Shown here: in pieces, positions 41,595 to 50,820 of the stretch
Layout: each line of letters starts with the position of its first letter
Position numbering within the stretch: position 1 is the first letter of the stretch
Assembly (NCBI GenBank): GCA_963833225.1
Contig: CAWHXD010000019.1
Span: 640,001-704,000 of the forward strand
Reading direction: 5' to 3'
Source: an uncultured Chloroflexia bacterium
GTDB lineage: Bacteria; Chloroflexota; Limnocylindria; Limnocylindrales; CSP1-4
DNA: 64,000 nt
The notes under the pieces: model-generated
Databases searched by the model: none
What the model saw: the letters and a program-made list of their open reading frames with translations, nothing else
Told to the model about the DNA's origin: nothing
Made by a program: the position numbers and the translations under genes

Positions 41595-42436
41595 TGGTCA
41601 CCGTGGCTGCTCGCCCCAGGCTCCGCGTCGGGGTGGTCAAGATGGCCTCCTGCGACGGCTGCCAGCTCACCCTCCTCGATCTCGAGGACGAGCTGCTCGC
41701 CCTGGGCGACCGTTTCGACCTCATCGAGTTCCCCGAGGCCAGCTCGCTGCGCTCGGGGGGCCCGTACGATGTCCTCCTCGTCGAGGGCTCCGTCAGCACA
41801 CCCCAGCAGGCCGAGGAGATCGTGGAGCTGCGGGCCAAGGCCAAGCTCCTCGTCACCATCGGCGCCTGCGCCAGCTACGGCGGCATCCAGGCGCTCCGCA
41901 ACTGGAGCGACCACGACGTGTTCCGGGCGGCGGTCTATGCCCACCCGGAGTACGTCGACTCGCTCGCGACCGCGACGCCCGTGTCGGACCACGTCAACGT
42001 GGACGCCGAGCTCCACGGCTGTCCGATCAGCCCGGAGCAGCTGCGCGAGGTCCTGGTGTCGGTGGCCGTCGGCCGCCGCCCCCAGATCCGCGAGGAGGCC
42101 GTCTGCCTCGAGTGCAAGCGCCGCGGGACCACCTGCGTGATGGTCGCCCAGGGCATCCCGTGCCTCGGGCCCGTGACCCAGAGCGGGTGTGGGGCGCTGT
42201 GTCCCACCTTCGGGCGGGGCTGCTACGGCTGCTTCGGCCCACGGGAGCAGGCCAACACGGCCAGCCTGTCCGGGACCTTCGCGTCTGGCGGTCGCGAGGG
42301 GGTGGAGGTCAGCCGCCTGTTCGCCGGGTTCACCGGCTGGGCACCCCCATTCCGCCACGTGATCGAGGAGTTCGGAGGCCCGCCCGGGATGACGCCGGCG
42401 GCAGAGACGGAGGGAGTCCGCGATGTGCGCAGCTGA
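41594..42436 (+). CDS. [NiFe]-hydrogenase small (delta) subunit
   Basis: ASCDGCQ, EGS, IGACA..GG, GCP, VCLEC, CLGPVT..GCGALCP...RGCYGC. Confidence 0.93.
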   Translation: MVTVAARPRLRVGVVKMASCDGCQLTLLDLEDELLALGDRFDLIEFPEASSLRSGGPYDVLLVEGSVSTPQQAEEIVELRAKAKLLVTIGACASYGGIQALRNWSDHDVFRAAVYAHPEYVDSLATATPVSDHVNVDAELHGCPISPEQLREVLVSVAVGRRPQIREEAVCLECKRRGTTCVMVAQGIPCLGPVTQSGCGALCPTFGRGCYGCFGPREQANTASLSGTFASGGREGVEVSRLFAGFTGWAPPFRHVIEEFGGPPGMTPAAETEGVRDVRS

Positions 42437-43775
42437 CGGCACGCTGGTCGCCGACGCCCAGGGGGCCGAGCGCGAGTTCAATGTCCCGTACGTGACGCGG
42501 GTGGAGGGCGAAGGGACGCTGCTCCTCAAGGTCCACGGGCGCGAGGTCACCGAGGCGCGCCTCCGCATCTTCGAGGCGCCCCGCTACTTCGAGCGGCTGG
42601 TGGTGGGCAGGACCGGCGACGAGGTCATCGACATCGTGGCCCGGATCTGCGGGATCTGCCCCATCGCCTACCAGATGACCGCGGTCCATGCCTTCGAGGA
42701 CTGCTACGGCGTCACCGTGGACCCGGCGATCCGGGCGCTCCGCCGCCTGCTGTACTGCGGCGAGTTCATCCAGAGCCACGCGCTCCACGTGTACCTGCTG
42801 CACGCGCCCGACTACCTGGGGTACCCGTCCGCGCTGGCCATGGCCGTGGACCACCGCGCCGTGGTCGAGCAGGGGCTCGCCCTCAAGAAGGTGGGCAACC
42901 AGCTCATCTCGGCGCTGGGCGGGCGTCCGGTCCACCCGATCAGCGTGCGGATCGGCGGCTTCTCGCGCGTCCCGGCACGCAGGGACCTCGACGGGATCCG
43001 CCGGGCGCTTGACGACGCCGTGGCCTGGTCCGAAGCGACCGTGCGACTGGTGGCGTCCTGGGATCCGCCGGCGCTCGAGCATCCGCAGCCGCTGGTGGCG
43101 CTCCGCCATCCCGACGAGTACCCGTTCAACGAAGGGAGGATCGTGTCGTCGGACGGCCTCGACCTGGCCATCGGGGGCTGGGGCGACGCCTTCGAGGAGC
43201 TCCACGTCGAGGGCTCGAACGCGCTCCATGCGCGGACCCACGACGGGGCCGTGTACCTGCTCGGCCCCACGGCGCGGGTCACCCTCGCCGCGGACCAGCT
43301 GCATCCCCTCGCGGCGGAGGCCCTCGAGGCCACGGGCCTGCGCGATGCCATCCGGACCAACATCCACCGCTCCATCGTCGCGCGTGCCGTGGAGCTCCTC
43401 CACTCGTGCGCCGAGGCGCGCGACATCATCGACGGCTACCGGCCGCCGCGCGAGCCGCGCGTCCCGTTCACCCCGCGCGCCGGCATTGCCGCCTGGTCCA
43501 CCGAGGCCCCTCGCGGCCTCCTCCACCACCGCTATGAGGTGGATGCGCAGGGCTTTGTCACTCACGCCAAGATCGTGCCACCCACCAGCCAGAACCAGGG
43601 GGCCATCGAGGCCGACCTGGCGGCCTTCGCGCCGAGCATCCTCGACCTGCCCCATGAGCAGGCTGTCCATCAGCTAGAGATGCTGGTCCGGGCCTATGAC
43701 CCGTGCATCAGCTGTGCCACCCACTTCCTCGATCTCCGGATCGTGGAGGACGGGGCCGAGGAGAGGATCACATGA
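42423..43775 (+). CDS. [NiFe]-hydrogenase large (alpha) subunit, group 3b
   Basis: RVEGEG, L1 RICGICP, EAPRG, L2 DPCISCATH followed by a cleavable tail. Confidence 0.95.
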   Translation: MCAADGTLVADAQGAEREFNVPYVTRVEGEGTLLLKVHGREVTEARLRIFEAPRYFERLVVGRTGDEVIDIVARICGICPIAYQMTAVHAFEDCYGVTVDPAIRALRRLLYCGEFIQSHALHVYLLHAPDYLGYPSALAMAVDHRAVVEQGLALKKVGNQLISALGGRPVHPISVRIGGFSRVPARRDLDGIRRALDDAVAWSEATVRLVASWDPPALEHPQPLVALRHPDEYPFNEGRIVSSDGLDLAIGGWGDAFEELHVEGSNALHARTHDGAVYLLGPTARVTLAADQLHPLAAEALEATGLRDAIRTNIHRSIVARAVELLHSCAEARDIIDGYRPPREPRVPFTPRAGIAAWSTEAPRGLLHHRYEVDAQGFVTHAKIVPPTSQNQGAIEADLAAFAPSILDLPHEQAVHQLEMLVRAYDPCISCATHFLDLRIVEDGAEERIT

Positions 43776-44290
43776 CCCATCTCGCCCCACCCTCGGTGCG
43801 CCTGCTGGTCTGCGGCAACGCGGACCGGGGTGACGATGGAGCGGCGCTGTCCGCCGTCGCCACGCTCCTTCCGTCGTTGCCGTCGGCGCTCCTCGAGCGC
43901 CTCGAGGTGCGTCGATGCGGGCACCTGCGCGTGGAGGATCTCACCGACGTCCCGACCGGCGAGGTGACCGTGGTGGTGGACGCTGCCGTGGGGATCCCGC
44001 CGGGCCACGTGGTCAGCATGCCCATCAGCGAGATCCTCGCGGACCCGGCGTCACCCACGCCGCGCTCGTCCCACGAGCTGCCCATCGAGCAGGTGCTTGG
44101 ACTCGCGCAGGTGCTCCGTCCTGGCGGGCTTCCCGCGGGGACGTTCATCGGGATCGGAGGGCGGCGGTTTGGCTACGGGCGGCCGCTGTCACGCTCGGTC
44201 AGGCTCAACATGGAGCACTTCCAGGCCGCGATCGCGGCCGAGCTGGCCAAGCTGACCCACGTCTCCGAGGGCCCCCCGGCCTCGGGGTAG
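43772..44290 (+). CDS. Hydrogenase maturation protease
   Basis: CGNADRGDDG, VVDA, SSH. Confidence 0.88.
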   Translation: MTHLAPPSVRLLVCGNADRGDDGAALSAVATLLPSLPSALLERLEVRRCGHLRVEDLTDVPTGEVTVVVDAAVGIPPGHVVSMPISEILADPASPTPRSSHELPIEQVLGLAQVLRPGGLPAGTFIGIGGRRFGYGRPLSRSVRLNMEHFQAAIAAELAKLTHVSEGPPASG

Positions 44291-44310
44291 CGCGGCCGGG
44301 CTGACGCCCG

Positions 44311-44367
44311 GCGACCAACGGCACCGCGACCAACGGCACCGCGACCAACGGCACCGCGACCAACGGC
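44311..44367. repeat. 15-bp tandem repeat GCGACCAACGGCACC, about 3.8 copies
   Basis: Direct reading of the intergenic region. Confidence 0.9.
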
Positions 44368-44475
44368 CCTCGCCGTTCAGGACCCCTCGCCCTCCGGGTC
44401 GCCGGACAGGGAGGGGCACGCTACCCCTGTCCAGATCCCGTTGCGCCGGTCGGCCGGCACCATGGAGGAACCCCG

Positions 44476-44979
44476 GTGAGCGTCGTCCCGCCGCACACGC
44501 CGACGCTGGTCAGCGACGTGATGGTCGCCGAGCCCATCATGGTCCGGGTGGATTCGGGGTTGGCCGACGTCGCGAGGCTGCTGGAGCAGCACCAGATCTC
44601 CGGCGTGCCCGTGCTCGATGACGCCGGTGCGCTCGTCGGGGTGCTCAGCGAGTCGGACCTGCTCCGGGCTCGAGCCACCGCCTACCTGTGGGCCAACTGG
44701 CAGACGCTCCGCGTCAAGCACCTCATGACCACCCCCGCGCTCACGATCCGGGGCAGCGAGCCGCTCACCCTCGCCGCGCGACGGATGGAGCGCCACCACG
44801 TGAGCCGCCTGGTGGTCGTGGCCGACGAGGACGAGTCGCGGCCGATCGGGGTGATCGCGATCGCCGACCTCCTCAGGGTGATGGCGGACCTGGCCGGAGA
44901 TGCGCCCCCGGAGCCGATCGAGCCCGACGATCGCGCGGCGCCCATGGACATCGACGGCGTGGGGGATCGCGGCGACTGA
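44476..44979 (+). CDS. CBS-domain pair protein
   Basis: VSDVM, ISGVPV, GVLSESDL, VKHLMT, GVIAIADL; GGAGG SD. Confidence 0.9.
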   Translation: MSVVPPHTPTLVSDVMVAEPIMVRVDSGLADVARLLEQHQISGVPVLDDAGALVGVLSESDLLRARATAYLWANWQTLRVKHLMTTPALTIRGSEPLTLAARRMERHHVSRLVVVADEDESRPIGVIAIADLLRVMADLAGDAPPEPIEPDDRAAPMDIDGVGDRGD

Positions 44980-45032
44980 GGCATGCCGTGACAGCCGGGG
45001 GCGAGTCGCCGGCTGCCGCCAGCGCCCTCGCC

Positions 45033-45584
45033 TCAGGCGATGACCTGCTCCAGGCCCACCTCGTAGCCCGCGTCGAACGCCGCGCCGTCCGCCTCGATCA
45101 TCTCGGGCCGCCTGGTCCCAAGCAGGACCGCGAGCGCCCGATGGACGCTCTCCCGCTCCACGAGGCACCCGCGGCCGACCAGGGCGCCGAGGGCCACGAT
45201 CGAGACCAGCTTGTCGTCACCGGCCTGCTTCGCGAGGGCCGTGCAGGGCACGTCCACGACATCGATGTCGTCGCGGCCCGCCTCGGCCTCGATGAGGGTG
45301 GTGTTCACCACCAGCACCCCGCCCACGGCGACCAGGGGCGCGTACTTCGCCAGCGACGGCGGGTTGAGCACCACGACGCCGTCGGCGCGATCGACGATCG
45401 GGGACCCGATGAGCTGGTCGGCCACGATGACCGTGCAGGACGCCGTGCCGCCGCGCATCTCGGGTCCATATGACGGGATCCAGAGCACCTCCCGGCCCTC
45501 GAGCAGGGCTGCCTCGGCGAGCACCTTGCCCGCGAACAGGATCCCCTGGCCACCAAACCCGGCGATGATCGTCGAGCGTTCCAT
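45033..45584 (-). CDS. 2-oxoacid:ferredoxin oxidoreductase gamma subunit
   Basis: AGFGGQG, PSYGPEMRGGT. Confidence 0.92.
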   Translation of the reverse strand: MERSTIIAGFGGQGILFAGKVLAEAALLEGREVLWIPSYGPEMRGGTASCTVIVADQLIGSPIVDRADGVVVLNPPSLAKYAPLVAVGGVLVVNTTLIEAEAGRDDIDVVDVPCTALAKQAGDDKLVSIVALGALVGRGCLVERESVHRALAVLLGTRRPEMIEADGAAFDAGYEVGLEQVIA

Positions 45585-45586
45585 CG

Positions 45587-46468
45587 TCACTCCTCCAGGC
45601 GGCCCATCGCCCGCTTGGCGGGCGGCCTGCGGGGAGCGGCGGCGGCGCAGCCGCCGGCCGCGGTGGTGCCCACCGGCCACGGCAGCGCCGGGGCGATGCC
45701 CTTGCCGCGGTCCACGAACGTTCCGACGGTGTATATGCGCATCACGTCGCCGACGAGGTGGGCCATCGCCTCCGACGGGGTCATGCCCCAGCCAACGGGA
45801 CAGGTGCTCAGGACCTCGACGATCGAGAAGCCCTTGCCTTCGAGCTGGACCTCGAAGGCCCGCTTGATGGCCTGCTTGGCCTTGCCCACCAGCCCGGGGT
45901 CGCCCACGCTGACGCGCGCGGCGTACTGCACGCCGGGCAGCAGCGAGAGCATCTCCGTCACCGGAAGGGGTGAGCCGGTGGTGGCGGTGTCACGCCCCAA
46001 CGGGCTCGACGACGTCTTCTGGCCGGGCAGCGTGGTCGGGGCCATCTGGCCACCGGTCATCCCGTAGATGCCGTTGTTGACGAAGATCGTGGTGAACCGC
46101 TCACCGCGGGCGGCGGCATGGACAATCTCGGCCGTGCCGATCGCGGCCAGGTCGCCATCGCCCTGGTAGCTGAACACGACCTTGTCCGGCTGGTAGCGCT
46201 TGACGCCGGTGGCGACGGCGGCCGCGCGGCCATGCGGTGACTCCACGGCATCGAGGCGCAGGTAGTCGTAGGCGAACACGGAGCAGCCGACGGAACCCAC
46301 CAGCAGCGTTCGGTCGCCGACCTCGAGCTCCCCGAGGACCTCGGCCAGGAGCCGGTGCACGATCCCGTGTCCACAGCCCGGGCAGTAGCTGGTGGTGTTG
46401 GTGAGCAGCGCCGGTCGTCGGTAGATCGTCCTGCCCTCGACCGCGGTGGAAACCTCGGGCGTGATCAT
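45587..46468 (-). CDS. 2-oxoacid:ferredoxin oxidoreductase beta (TPP-binding) subunit
   Basis: [26 protein letters not shown]. Confidence 0.92.
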   Translation of the reverse strand: MITPEVSTAVEGRTIYRRPALLTNTTSYCPGCGHGIVHRLLAEVLGELEVGDRTLLVGSVGCSVFAYDYLRLDAVESPHGRAAAVATGVKRYQPDKVVFSYQGDGDLAAIGTAEIVHAAARGERFTTIFVNNGIYGMTGGQMAPTTLPGQKTSSSPLGRDTATTGSPLPVTEMLSLLPGVQYAARVSVGDPGLVGKAKQAIKRAFEVQLEGKGFSIVEVLSTCPVGWGMTPSEAMAHLVGDVMRIYTVGTFVDRGKGIAPALPWPVGTTAAGGCAAAAPRRPPAKRAMGRLEE

Positions 46469-47655
46469 CGCTCGCCCTCCTCGCGCGCCGCCCGCGACCG
46501 GAACGGCCGGGCGGGTTCCGTCGTCGACCAGGCGCGCCTGGCGGCTGCCACCACCTCGTCCGGGCTGGGCACCATGCCGCCCATCCGTCCATGGTGGAGC
46601 ACCGGGACGGCTCCCTCGAGCGCGAGGCGGACGTCCTCCACCATCTGGCCGGCCGAAAGCTCGACGACCAGGACCGCCCGGTTGCCCCGTGCGGCCTCAC
46701 GGAGCGCCTCCGCCGGGAAGGGCCAGAGCGTGATCGGGCGGAACAGGCCGGCCCGGAGGCCCTGTTCGCGGGCCCGGGCAACCGCGGTCCGTGCCACCCT
46801 CGCCGCCGTGCCGTAGGCGACGAGCAGGACCTCCGCATCCTCCAGGTGCTCACCCGCCCAGCGGGTCTCGCGCGCCGCGATCCGGGCGTAGGTGGTCTGG
46901 AGATCCACGTTATGGCGCTCGAGGTCGTCCGGGAGGAGGTGGAGCGACTTGATCACCCGCGGTTCGCGGTCCCCGGCGCCCTCGATGGACCAGTCGGGGT
47001 GCTGTCGTTCGAGGGTGGGGAAGACCGGTTCGACGGGCTCCATGGCCTGGCCCAGGATCCCATCGGCGAGGATCATGACCGGTGTCCGGTAGCGCTCGGC
47101 CAGGGCGAAGGCGTCGCCCACGAGGCCAATCGCCTCGGCGATGGACGAGGGGGCCAGCACCGGCACGCGGTAGTCGCCGTGTCCGTGACCCTTGGTCGCC
47201 TGCAGGTAGTCGCCCTGGGAGGCGCCGATGCTGCCCAGCCCGGGACCGCCGCGCATCACGTTGACGAGCACGCAGGGCAGCCTGGAGCCCGCCATGTAGC
47301 TCATGCCCTCGGCCATCAGGCTGATGCCCGGGCTGGAGCTCGAGACGAGGACGCGAGCCCCGGCCGCGGCCGCGCCGAGCGCCATGTTGATCGCCGCGAG
47401 CTCGCTCTCGGCCTGGACGAAGACGCGGCCCTCCTCGGGCATCCGCCGGGCCATCCACTCGAGCAGCTCGGCCTGGGGCGTGATCGGGTATCCGAAGTAG
47501 GCGTCGCACCCCGCCGCGATGGCCGCCTCGGCGATGGCCTCGTTGCCCTTCATCAGGATCCGGGCGGGGTCGGCGGACGCCTCGCCGCCGGTCCCGGGCG
47601 GCGAGGCGACGAGGTGGGGGCGCTCGGCGCCCTCGGGACGGGCCACAGTGGGCAT
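46465..47655 (-). CDS. 2-oxoacid:ferredoxin oxidoreductase alpha subunit (VorB-like)
   Basis: GNEA, GYPITPQ, QAESE, SSSPG, RGGPGLG, GHGHGDY. Confidence 0.92.
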   Translation of the reverse strand: MPTVARPEGAERPHLVASPPGTGGEASADPARILMKGNEAIAEAAIAAGCDAYFGYPITPQAELLEWMARRMPEEGRVFVQAESELAAINMALGAAAAGARVLVSSSSPGISLMAEGMSYMAGSRLPCVLVNVMRGGPGLGSIGASQGDYLQATKGHGHGDYRVPVLAPSSIAEAIGLVGDAFALAERYRTPVMILADGILGQAMEPVEPVFPTLERQHPDWSIEGAGDREPRVIKSLHLLPDDLERHNVDLQTTYARIAARETRWAGEHLEDAEVLLVAYGTAARVARTAVARAREQGLRAGLFRPITLWPFPAEALREAARGNRAVLVVELSAGQMVEDVRLALEGAVPVLHHGRMGGMVPSPDEVVAAARRAWSTTEPARPFRSRAAREEGER

Positions 47656-47660
47656 GGGGA

Positions 47661-47945
47661 TCAGGCCTCCCTGGGCCGGGCGAACACCGTGAGGGCGGCG
47701 TCCGGACACATCCGGGCGCACTTCGCGCAGCTCGTGCACGCCTCGGGATGGATGAGCGTCACCGGGTGATGGCCCATCGCGTTGACCGCGACGGGATCAA
47801 GCGCCAGCGCACCGGGCTGGCAGGCATCGATGCACAGGCCGCAGCCCTTGCATCGTTCGTTCGCGACGAGGATGGGTCGGAACGAGGGAGATCCGCTCTG
47901 GCTCCGCCGAGGGGGAGTCTGCGTGAGCGGAGTGGACATGGCCAT
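47661..47945 (-). CDS. 2x[4Fe-4S] ferredoxin (delta subunit)
   Basis: [11 protein letters not shown] and [12 protein letters not shown]; GGAGG SD. Confidence 0.9.
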   Translation of the reverse strand: MAMSTPLTQTPPRRSQSGSPSFRPILVANERCKGCGLCIDACQPGALALDPVAVNAMGHHPVTLIHPEACTSCAKCARMCPDAALTVFARPREA

Positions 47946-48063
47946 GCGACTTGGCACCTCCAGTGGATCGAGGATGGTCCGGGTTCCGGGCACGCGCGAG
48001 GGCCGAAACGTCATGACCAGCCGGGCCGGACATCCCCTCGACGGACGGCTCGCGGTTCCGTCC

Positions 48064-48520
48064 CTAGTCCGCCGCCACGCCCCGTCGAGGTGGCTCGTCG
48101 CCGGCGAGCGTCCGGACGCGGGCGACGAGCTTCCTGCTCCGTCAGGCGGTCCGCGGCGGCCGAGTGGATCTGCCGGCGCCGGCTGTGTCGCCGATCGTCC
48201 GCACGCAGCGTGCGCTCCAGGCGGCCGCGCAGCACCCCCGGTCCGACCACGGTGACGTCGTCGGTCGGCGGGACGCGATCCGCGACGTCCTCGACGAACA
48301 GGCGCAGGTCATCCCGGCGGGCGCGTTCGGCCATGTCGGTCCCACCGTCGCCGTGGCGACCAGACGTGGCCACGGGCCCCCGGCCTTCGTGGAATCCGTG
48401 ATCCCGTGCCTCCGACCGGACACGTTCCACGGTCGCCCGGTCTGCCCAGCGGACGATGATGGCTTCCTCGCTGTCGATCCAGACGAGGGTCGTGGCACCC
48501 TGGCCGATCTGCACGTGCAT
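48064..48520 (-). CDS. eRF1-domain-2/baeRF-like small protein, probable frameshift near 48130
   Basis: LVWIDSEEAIIVRW ... FVEDVADRV...VVGPG...LTEQE; the shifted frame gives LVARVRTLAGDEPPRRGVAAD* ending at TAG 48064. Confidence 0.6.
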
Positions 48521-48850
48521 GGACCGCTCCGATCCACGGGCCCATGCCAGGCCCGTCCTGCCGTCCGCTCCGCGGTTCCTCGACCGCCTGACGCGCAGCG
48601 GTCGCGCGATGTCCGAACACTCCCGAGGATGGCGCGCTCGGCTGGTTCCGGACAGAGGCAATCGGCGCTTGTGGGCGGCCCGATGGCCCCCACGCGCTCC
48701 GCAGGCTGGCCATGACAGGGCACGGTCGCAAGCTGACCCTCCGGCGCGAGCAGGAGCTTGTTCGCCATCTAGTCGGCTCGCGTGATGACCCGGGCCGCTC
48801 GACCCCCGCGGACTGTGCGGGGTCCCGGCCCGTCGTGACAACTGGCACTC

Positions 48851-48866
48851 ATGCGCATCTTCGCAT
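48851..48866. promoter_or_regulatory. Candidate ArsR operator ATGCG-CATCTT-CGCAT
   Basis: Inverted repeat in an AT-richer patch about 20 nt upstream of arsR. Confidence 0.5.
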
Positions 48867-48884
48867 ACAACGATGCTTGCACCC

Positions 48885-49229
48885 ATGGACGAGATCACGA
48901 TCCTGCAGGCAGAGATCCTGAAGACGCTCGCCAACCCGCGACGGCTGGAGATCCTCCATCGCCTTGCCGAGGGTCCGTGCGAGGTGGGCAAGCTCGCCGA
49001 GGAGCTCGGCGCCAGCCAGCCCAACGTTTCCCAGCACCTCGGCGTCCTGCGCGCCGCCGGACTCGTCGAATCCACCCGGGACGGTCGCGAGGTCCGCTAT
49101 CAGCTCACGGACATGGACGTCATCACGGCCTGTTCCGTCATGCGCGGCGTGCTCCAGCGCCGCCTCACCCGACTCGGCCGCCTGTCGCTCCACGACCAGG
49201 CCGCGAGCGAGCTCGTCGAGATCCAGTAG
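48885..49229 (+). CDS. ArsR/SmtB-family repressor
   Basis: KTLANPRRLEIL, SQPNVSQHL, RDGREVRY; two Cys. Confidence 0.92.
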   Translation: MDEITILQAEILKTLANPRRLEILHRLAEGPCEVGKLAEELGASQPNVSQHLGVLRAAGLVESTRDGREVRYQLTDMDVITACSVMRGVLQRRLTRLGRLSLHDQAASELVEIQ

Positions 49230-49682
49230 ATGGCCCCGGCGGAGAGCAGCCCCAAGGAGGGCGCATTGGAAGAGCAACCGATCAACTTCGTCGTGTTCTC
49301 GGGCACGGACGACAAGCTGCAGGCCCTCGCGGTCATGACGGCCGGTGCCGCCGCCCTGGGCAAGCAGGTCAACATCTTCCTCCAGTACTGGGGCCTGGAC
49401 GCCTTCAGCAAGGCCAAGATCGACGCCGACCACGGGCTTGCCCCGGAGGCTGGTGCCGAGGGTCGCGCGAAGGTCGATGCCCTCGCCGCAGCCGGCCAGG
49501 CCAGCTGGGCCGAGACCCTTCGCCAGGCCAAGGAGCTGGGCGAGGTCGACATCCAGGCCTGCTCACTGTCCATGGACATCCTCGGTCTCGAGGAGTCCGA
49601 CCTCGATCCGCTCGTCGACGGCCTGGAGGGCGTGACCGCCTTCTACCTCAACGCCGGCGACGGCCAGATCGTCTTCATCTAG
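49230..49682 (+). CDS. DsrE/DrsH-family sulfur carrier
   Basis: FSGTDDK, FLQYWGL, IQACSLSMD. Confidence 0.85.
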   Translation: MAPAESSPKEGALEEQPINFVVFSGTDDKLQALAVMTAGAAALGKQVNIFLQYWGLDAFSKAKIDADHGLAPEAGAEGRAKVDALAAAGQASWAETLRQAKELGEVDIQACSLSMDILGLEESDLDPLVDGLEGVTAFYLNAGDGQIVFI

Positions 49683-49697
49683 GAGGAACCAGCAACC

Positions 49698-49922
49698 ATG
49701 GCAGACGTCCAGGTCGACGCCCGCGGGCTCAACTGCCCGATGCCCATCGTCAAGACGGCCCAGGCCGTGAAGGCGATGGCCTCGGGGCAGACCGTCGAGG
49801 TCCTCGCGACCGATCCAGGTTCCGTCAAGGACTTCGCGGCGTGGTCCAAGACCACCGGCAATGACATCGTCGAGCAGGCGACCGACGGCGGCGTGTTCCG
49901 CTTCGTGATGATGAAGAAGTAG
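49698..49922 (+). CDS. tusA: TusA sulfur carrier
   Basis: DARGLNCPMP, ATDPGS..DF..W. Confidence 0.93.
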   Translation: MADVQVDARGLNCPMPIVKTAQAVKAMASGQTVEVLATDPGSVKDFAAWSKTTGNDIVEQATDGGVFRFVMMKK

Positions 49923-49932
49923 GGTCGTAGCA

Positions 49933-50481
49933 ATGACGCTCGCCGAAGCCCCCGTGACCCCCGAGACGCTCCCCGTCCCGGAACCGGACAAGGAATCCGG
50001 GACCCGCAACAACGGGATCGCGATGATCTGTTACAGCGGCGACCTGGAGAAGACCTGGGCCGCCATGATCCTGGCCTCCACGGCCGGCGCGATGATGATG
50101 CCGACCAAGGTGTTCGTGACCTTCTGGGGCCTCCAGACCTTCGTGAAGCCCGAGAAGCGGATCACCGGCGACAACTGGATGCAGAAGATGCTGTCCATCA
50201 TGTCGCGCCCCGGCATCGCCCATCGCAAGCTGTCCAAGATGAACTTCCTGGGCATGGGCCCGTGGATGATGCGCAAGCTCGCCAAGCAGTACAACGTCGC
50301 GTCGCCGGCCGAGCTTCTCGAGATGGCCACCGCCATGGGCGTGGAGTTCATCCCGTGCCAGATGACGATGGACATGTTCGGCATCAAGCGCGAGGACCTC
50401 ATCGACGGCATGGGTGATCCCGTCGGTGCCGCGACCTACCTGGGCTACGTCGGCGACGGCGCCGCGCCCATCTTCATCTAG
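49933..50481 (+). CDS. DsrE2-like sulfur carrier
   Basis: SGDLEK, FVTFWGL, LSKMNFLGMG, PCQMTMD, VGAATYL. Confidence 0.88.
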   Translation: MTLAEAPVTPETLPVPEPDKESGTRNNGIAMICYSGDLEKTWAAMILASTAGAMMMPTKVFVTFWGLQTFVKPEKRITGDNWMQKMLSIMSRPGIAHRKLSKMNFLGMGPWMMRKLAKQYNVASPAELLEMATAMGVEFIPCQMTMDMFGIKREDLIDGMGDPVGAATYLGYVGDGAAPIFI

Positions 50482-50490
50482 CGCCTCCCC

Positions 50491-50519
50491 GGGCGGGCGG
50501 CGCCCCCCGCTGCCCGCCC
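50491..50519 (+). terminator. GC hairpin inside the sulfur operon
   Basis: GGGCGGGCGGCG / CGCTGCCCGCCC followed by a pyrimidine run. Confidence 0.35.
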
Positions 50520-50567
50520 TCCCTCTCCATCGCGTCCCGAACCGCGCTCCGAAAGGACATCCCTGCC

Positions 50568-50816
50568 ATGACAGAGACGGCCCTCCCGCCCATCACGCTC
50601 ACGATCGACGCCCGCGGCAGCTTCTGCCCGGGACCGCTGATGGAGCTCATCCGAGGCATGAAGGAATCCGAGGTCGGCGACGTGATCGCGGTCCTGTCGA
50701 CCGACAAGGGCTCCAAGACCGATATCCCCAAGTGGGTCGGCAAGGCCGGCCACACGCTCGTCGGCGTGTTCACCCGCGATGACTTCGACGAGATCATCGT
50801 CGAGAAGGTCCGGTAG
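50568..50816 (+). CDS. Second TusA-family sulfur carrier
   Basis: DARGSFCPGP, STDKGSKTDIPKW. Confidence 0.9.
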   Translation: MTETALPPITLTIDARGSFCPGPLMELIRGMKESEVGDVIAVLSTDKGSKTDIPKWVGKAGHTLVGVFTRDDFDEIIVEKVR

Positions 50817-50820
50817 CTCG

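Noticed and set aside
42423-43775. Selenocysteine [NiFeSe] hydrogenase
   Set aside because: All four ligands are Cys codons and there is no in-frame TGA.
44311-44367. Possible CRISPR array (also 55862-55913)
   Set aside because: Contiguous 13-15 bp units with no spacers, and no cas genes.
48142-48768. Cys-containing ORF MANKLLLAPEG...
   Set aside because: No SD or recognisable motif, and it overlaps the better-supported 48064..48520 gene in another frame.
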